DNA of 64,000 bases from contig NC_067401.1 of the NCBI RefSeq assembly GCF_016432865.1, positions 393,700,001 to 393,764,000 of the forward strand, in the 5' to 3' direction. The notes beneath the pieces are model-generated. The model had not been told where the DNA came from. It was given only the letters and a program-made list of their open reading frames with translations, and did not search any database. The stretch comes from Antechinus flavipes (taxonomy: Eukaryota). Shown one piece after another: positions 61,829 through 64,000 of this stretch. Each line of letters begins with the position of its first letter. The first letter of the stretch is position 1. Both the position numbers and the translations under genes were made by a program.

Positions 61829-63754
61829 CTATTCAAGCTTGAATAAAGCATGAACTATACTACCACTCAGTGGTCTATCCAATGTAGGTCTGAAAAACTG
61901 AGGTCTACATTTTAAATACTAAAGACTGAGAATTTTAGTCTTGCCATGGCTCTATTTGGATATTTCAGCATTTATTGTGTTTTTATTGGGCATCTTATAA
62001 ACTAGTTTTTTTTTTTTTTTTGTAGTGAAGAAAGTAATCATCCTAGCTTCTTACATTTGGATAACTTTTTTTCTGTTTTATATTCTATCCTCTCCCTCTC
62101 CTAAAATCCAATTCCTCTTTTAAACCTATTAAAGATCTCTGTGTGGAAAAAGTGAAGAAAATAATTAAATCTTTTGCTCCAGTATCTATGTAGAGGTAAG
62201 GATGTAAATAAATTTATTTTTTTTAAATTGCATAATCATCTATATTAAATATAGATACTTTAACATTTCAATGAAATGATGAGCAAGAGGAAAGTGAAAA
62301 AATATATGAGGAAACATGGTTTAACAGAAAGAAATATATAAAGCCAGACTTGTAAACTTTATACATAGTTCACGTTTGCAAAAAGAATGGCTTCTTCTTG
62401 CATCAAATGCCATAATTGAAAAATAAAAATGATATTTTGATAGAAAAATAACCACTGATTTACCAATGTGGGAGTCATTTCCAAATTAATTGTCTTTATA
62501 GAAGCTCAGCTATTGTAGAACAACTGTTCTACATTGGTAGAGAGAGTTTTTCCACTGGCAGTTTCCTACATCAATGAAATCATAGGTCTGAATTCAAAGA
62601 ATGAGATTACACAAGAAAAGAAGATATAATTTCCAAGGGAAGCAATTTCATTCTTAACTACATCAATAGCCTCCTGAAATATTGAGAAAAATATTTTAAA
62701 AATCATTAACATAGCCTGTCATACTTTCCTAAGGAAGTTTTCCAAAAGCAAACCATTACTCTCTTAATGGCAGATCAAAAGTACCAAAAAGTCCAAAAAA
62801 AAAATTGATTCTTCTTGTCAAGTAGTGGTGGATAAGAAGAGCAATACTGATTTGGAATATAAACAAATTTGTAGAATTTAGAGAGATGGTTTCTGGATGA
62901 ATAGGAATACTATTATATCATAAAGTAATAATAATAAAAAAGAAACATTCAGAAAGCTTAGTAAAAGACTCAGTTAAGCCAAGTAAATAAAAAGAGATTT
63001 AAGAGTGAAACTGAAAAGAGGACAATGAATAGAACAAATGGATAAAATCTGTGTGAATTTCTATATTAAATTCCTTTTTCCCTTAGTTACAAAGGAATTA
63101 CCATATTTGGATTCTAATATCATAATCCTTACTTTCTTTAATCCTTACATAAGTAGAAACATAACAAAGAAAAGAAGACAAATAATTGAAGCAAGAAGAA
63201 AAGCTCTGGTAAGTGATAGGATTTTGAGGCAAAATTTCCACAAAAACAAGAATACAACTTGCTTATATTCATTAGGTTGGGAAATATCTATGAATTAGCC
63301 CAAGTAAGGCAACAAAGCCTCAGGTGAGATGATCTTCATTGGATGGCAAGAGGGAAAAGGAAATCAATGATTTATCATTTATAGAGTTATATAAGAGCCT
63401 TCCAAAGTAAAAAGTGAACAAGCTGAAGGCACAGGGAGATCTATGTGATATATTGATTATGAAACTCCGGTTGAATTGAGACAATAGAGAGATTACAGAC
63501 ACATAGTGAACTATACTATCTGTTGGGAAAAAGGGTAAGAAATGGAGATAAACCCATCAGTAAATAAAAAGAAAACTTACTAAGAAATACTTTCATATGC
63601 ACTATAAATTCAAAAGTCTCTGATTCAAAAATGATAAAATAGAAGATGTTTTAATTATGTTACCTGGCTTTTTTTTTCAATACCAGCTACAATTTTTTAT
63701 ATTCTGTAAGAAGTCTTTCCCCATGTCCCTTAATCTTTTTCCTTCCTTTAGTGA

Positions 63755-63935
63755 TTAGCTCTGGTTTATCTTATATTTATCTTGTTTATGCATACATTTT
63801 TAAGTTGTCTCCCCTATTAGACTGTGAGTTTCTTGAGAGTAGAAGTAGCTCTCTTTTCTCCCCTTCCCCCACCCTGGGTTTTTGTCTCCTCACTACTTAG
63901 CCAAACATATTGTGGCTACTTAATAAATGCTACTT
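63755..63935 (+). mobile_element. L2 3' tail
   Basis: TTGTCTCCCCTATTAGACTGTGAGTTTCTTGAG...ACTTAATAAATGCT. Confidence 0.75.
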
Positions 63936-64000
63936 TACTTTGATTTAAGATTGAAATTCAGAATTGACAAGTTATTGAGTAATTCAGTCCTATATTCAGT

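Overview
AT-rich, CpG-depleted marsupial DNA. The WSINE1, Mar1, MdoRep1/WALLSI4-type SINEs and an OC1 hAT MITE point to a dasyuromorph such as the Tasmanian devil; the species is an inference. The window is an internal part of KCNT2 (Slick/Slo2.1, Na+-activated K+ channel) on the + strand. It holds five coding exons of 49, 60, 75, 84 and 95 nt, all with AG/GT boundaries and matching human exons 4-8 as recalled. Together they encode the S1-S2 linker through S5. Exon 3 and the pore exon were not found, so the flanking introns exceed 22 kb and 15 kb. The rest is intron filled with L1, L2, L3/CR1, SINEs, solo LTRs, hAT MITEs, microsatellites and one 210-N gap. The remaining ORF-track entries are repeat-derived or chance ORFs. 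I see no convincing new biological system. The best second-look items are: (1) an L1 endonuclease-region fragment inserted with its own tail and TSDs into a perfect palindrome; (2) an OC1 horizontally transferred MITE; (3) two dispersed local duplications; (4) an L1 lacking EN/RT; (5) a MITE extended into a fold-back by microsatellites; (6) candidate recursive or poison splice sites in the long intron 3. Repeat families are recognised from memory of consensus sequences, not from a database search, and old-repeat boundaries are approximate.
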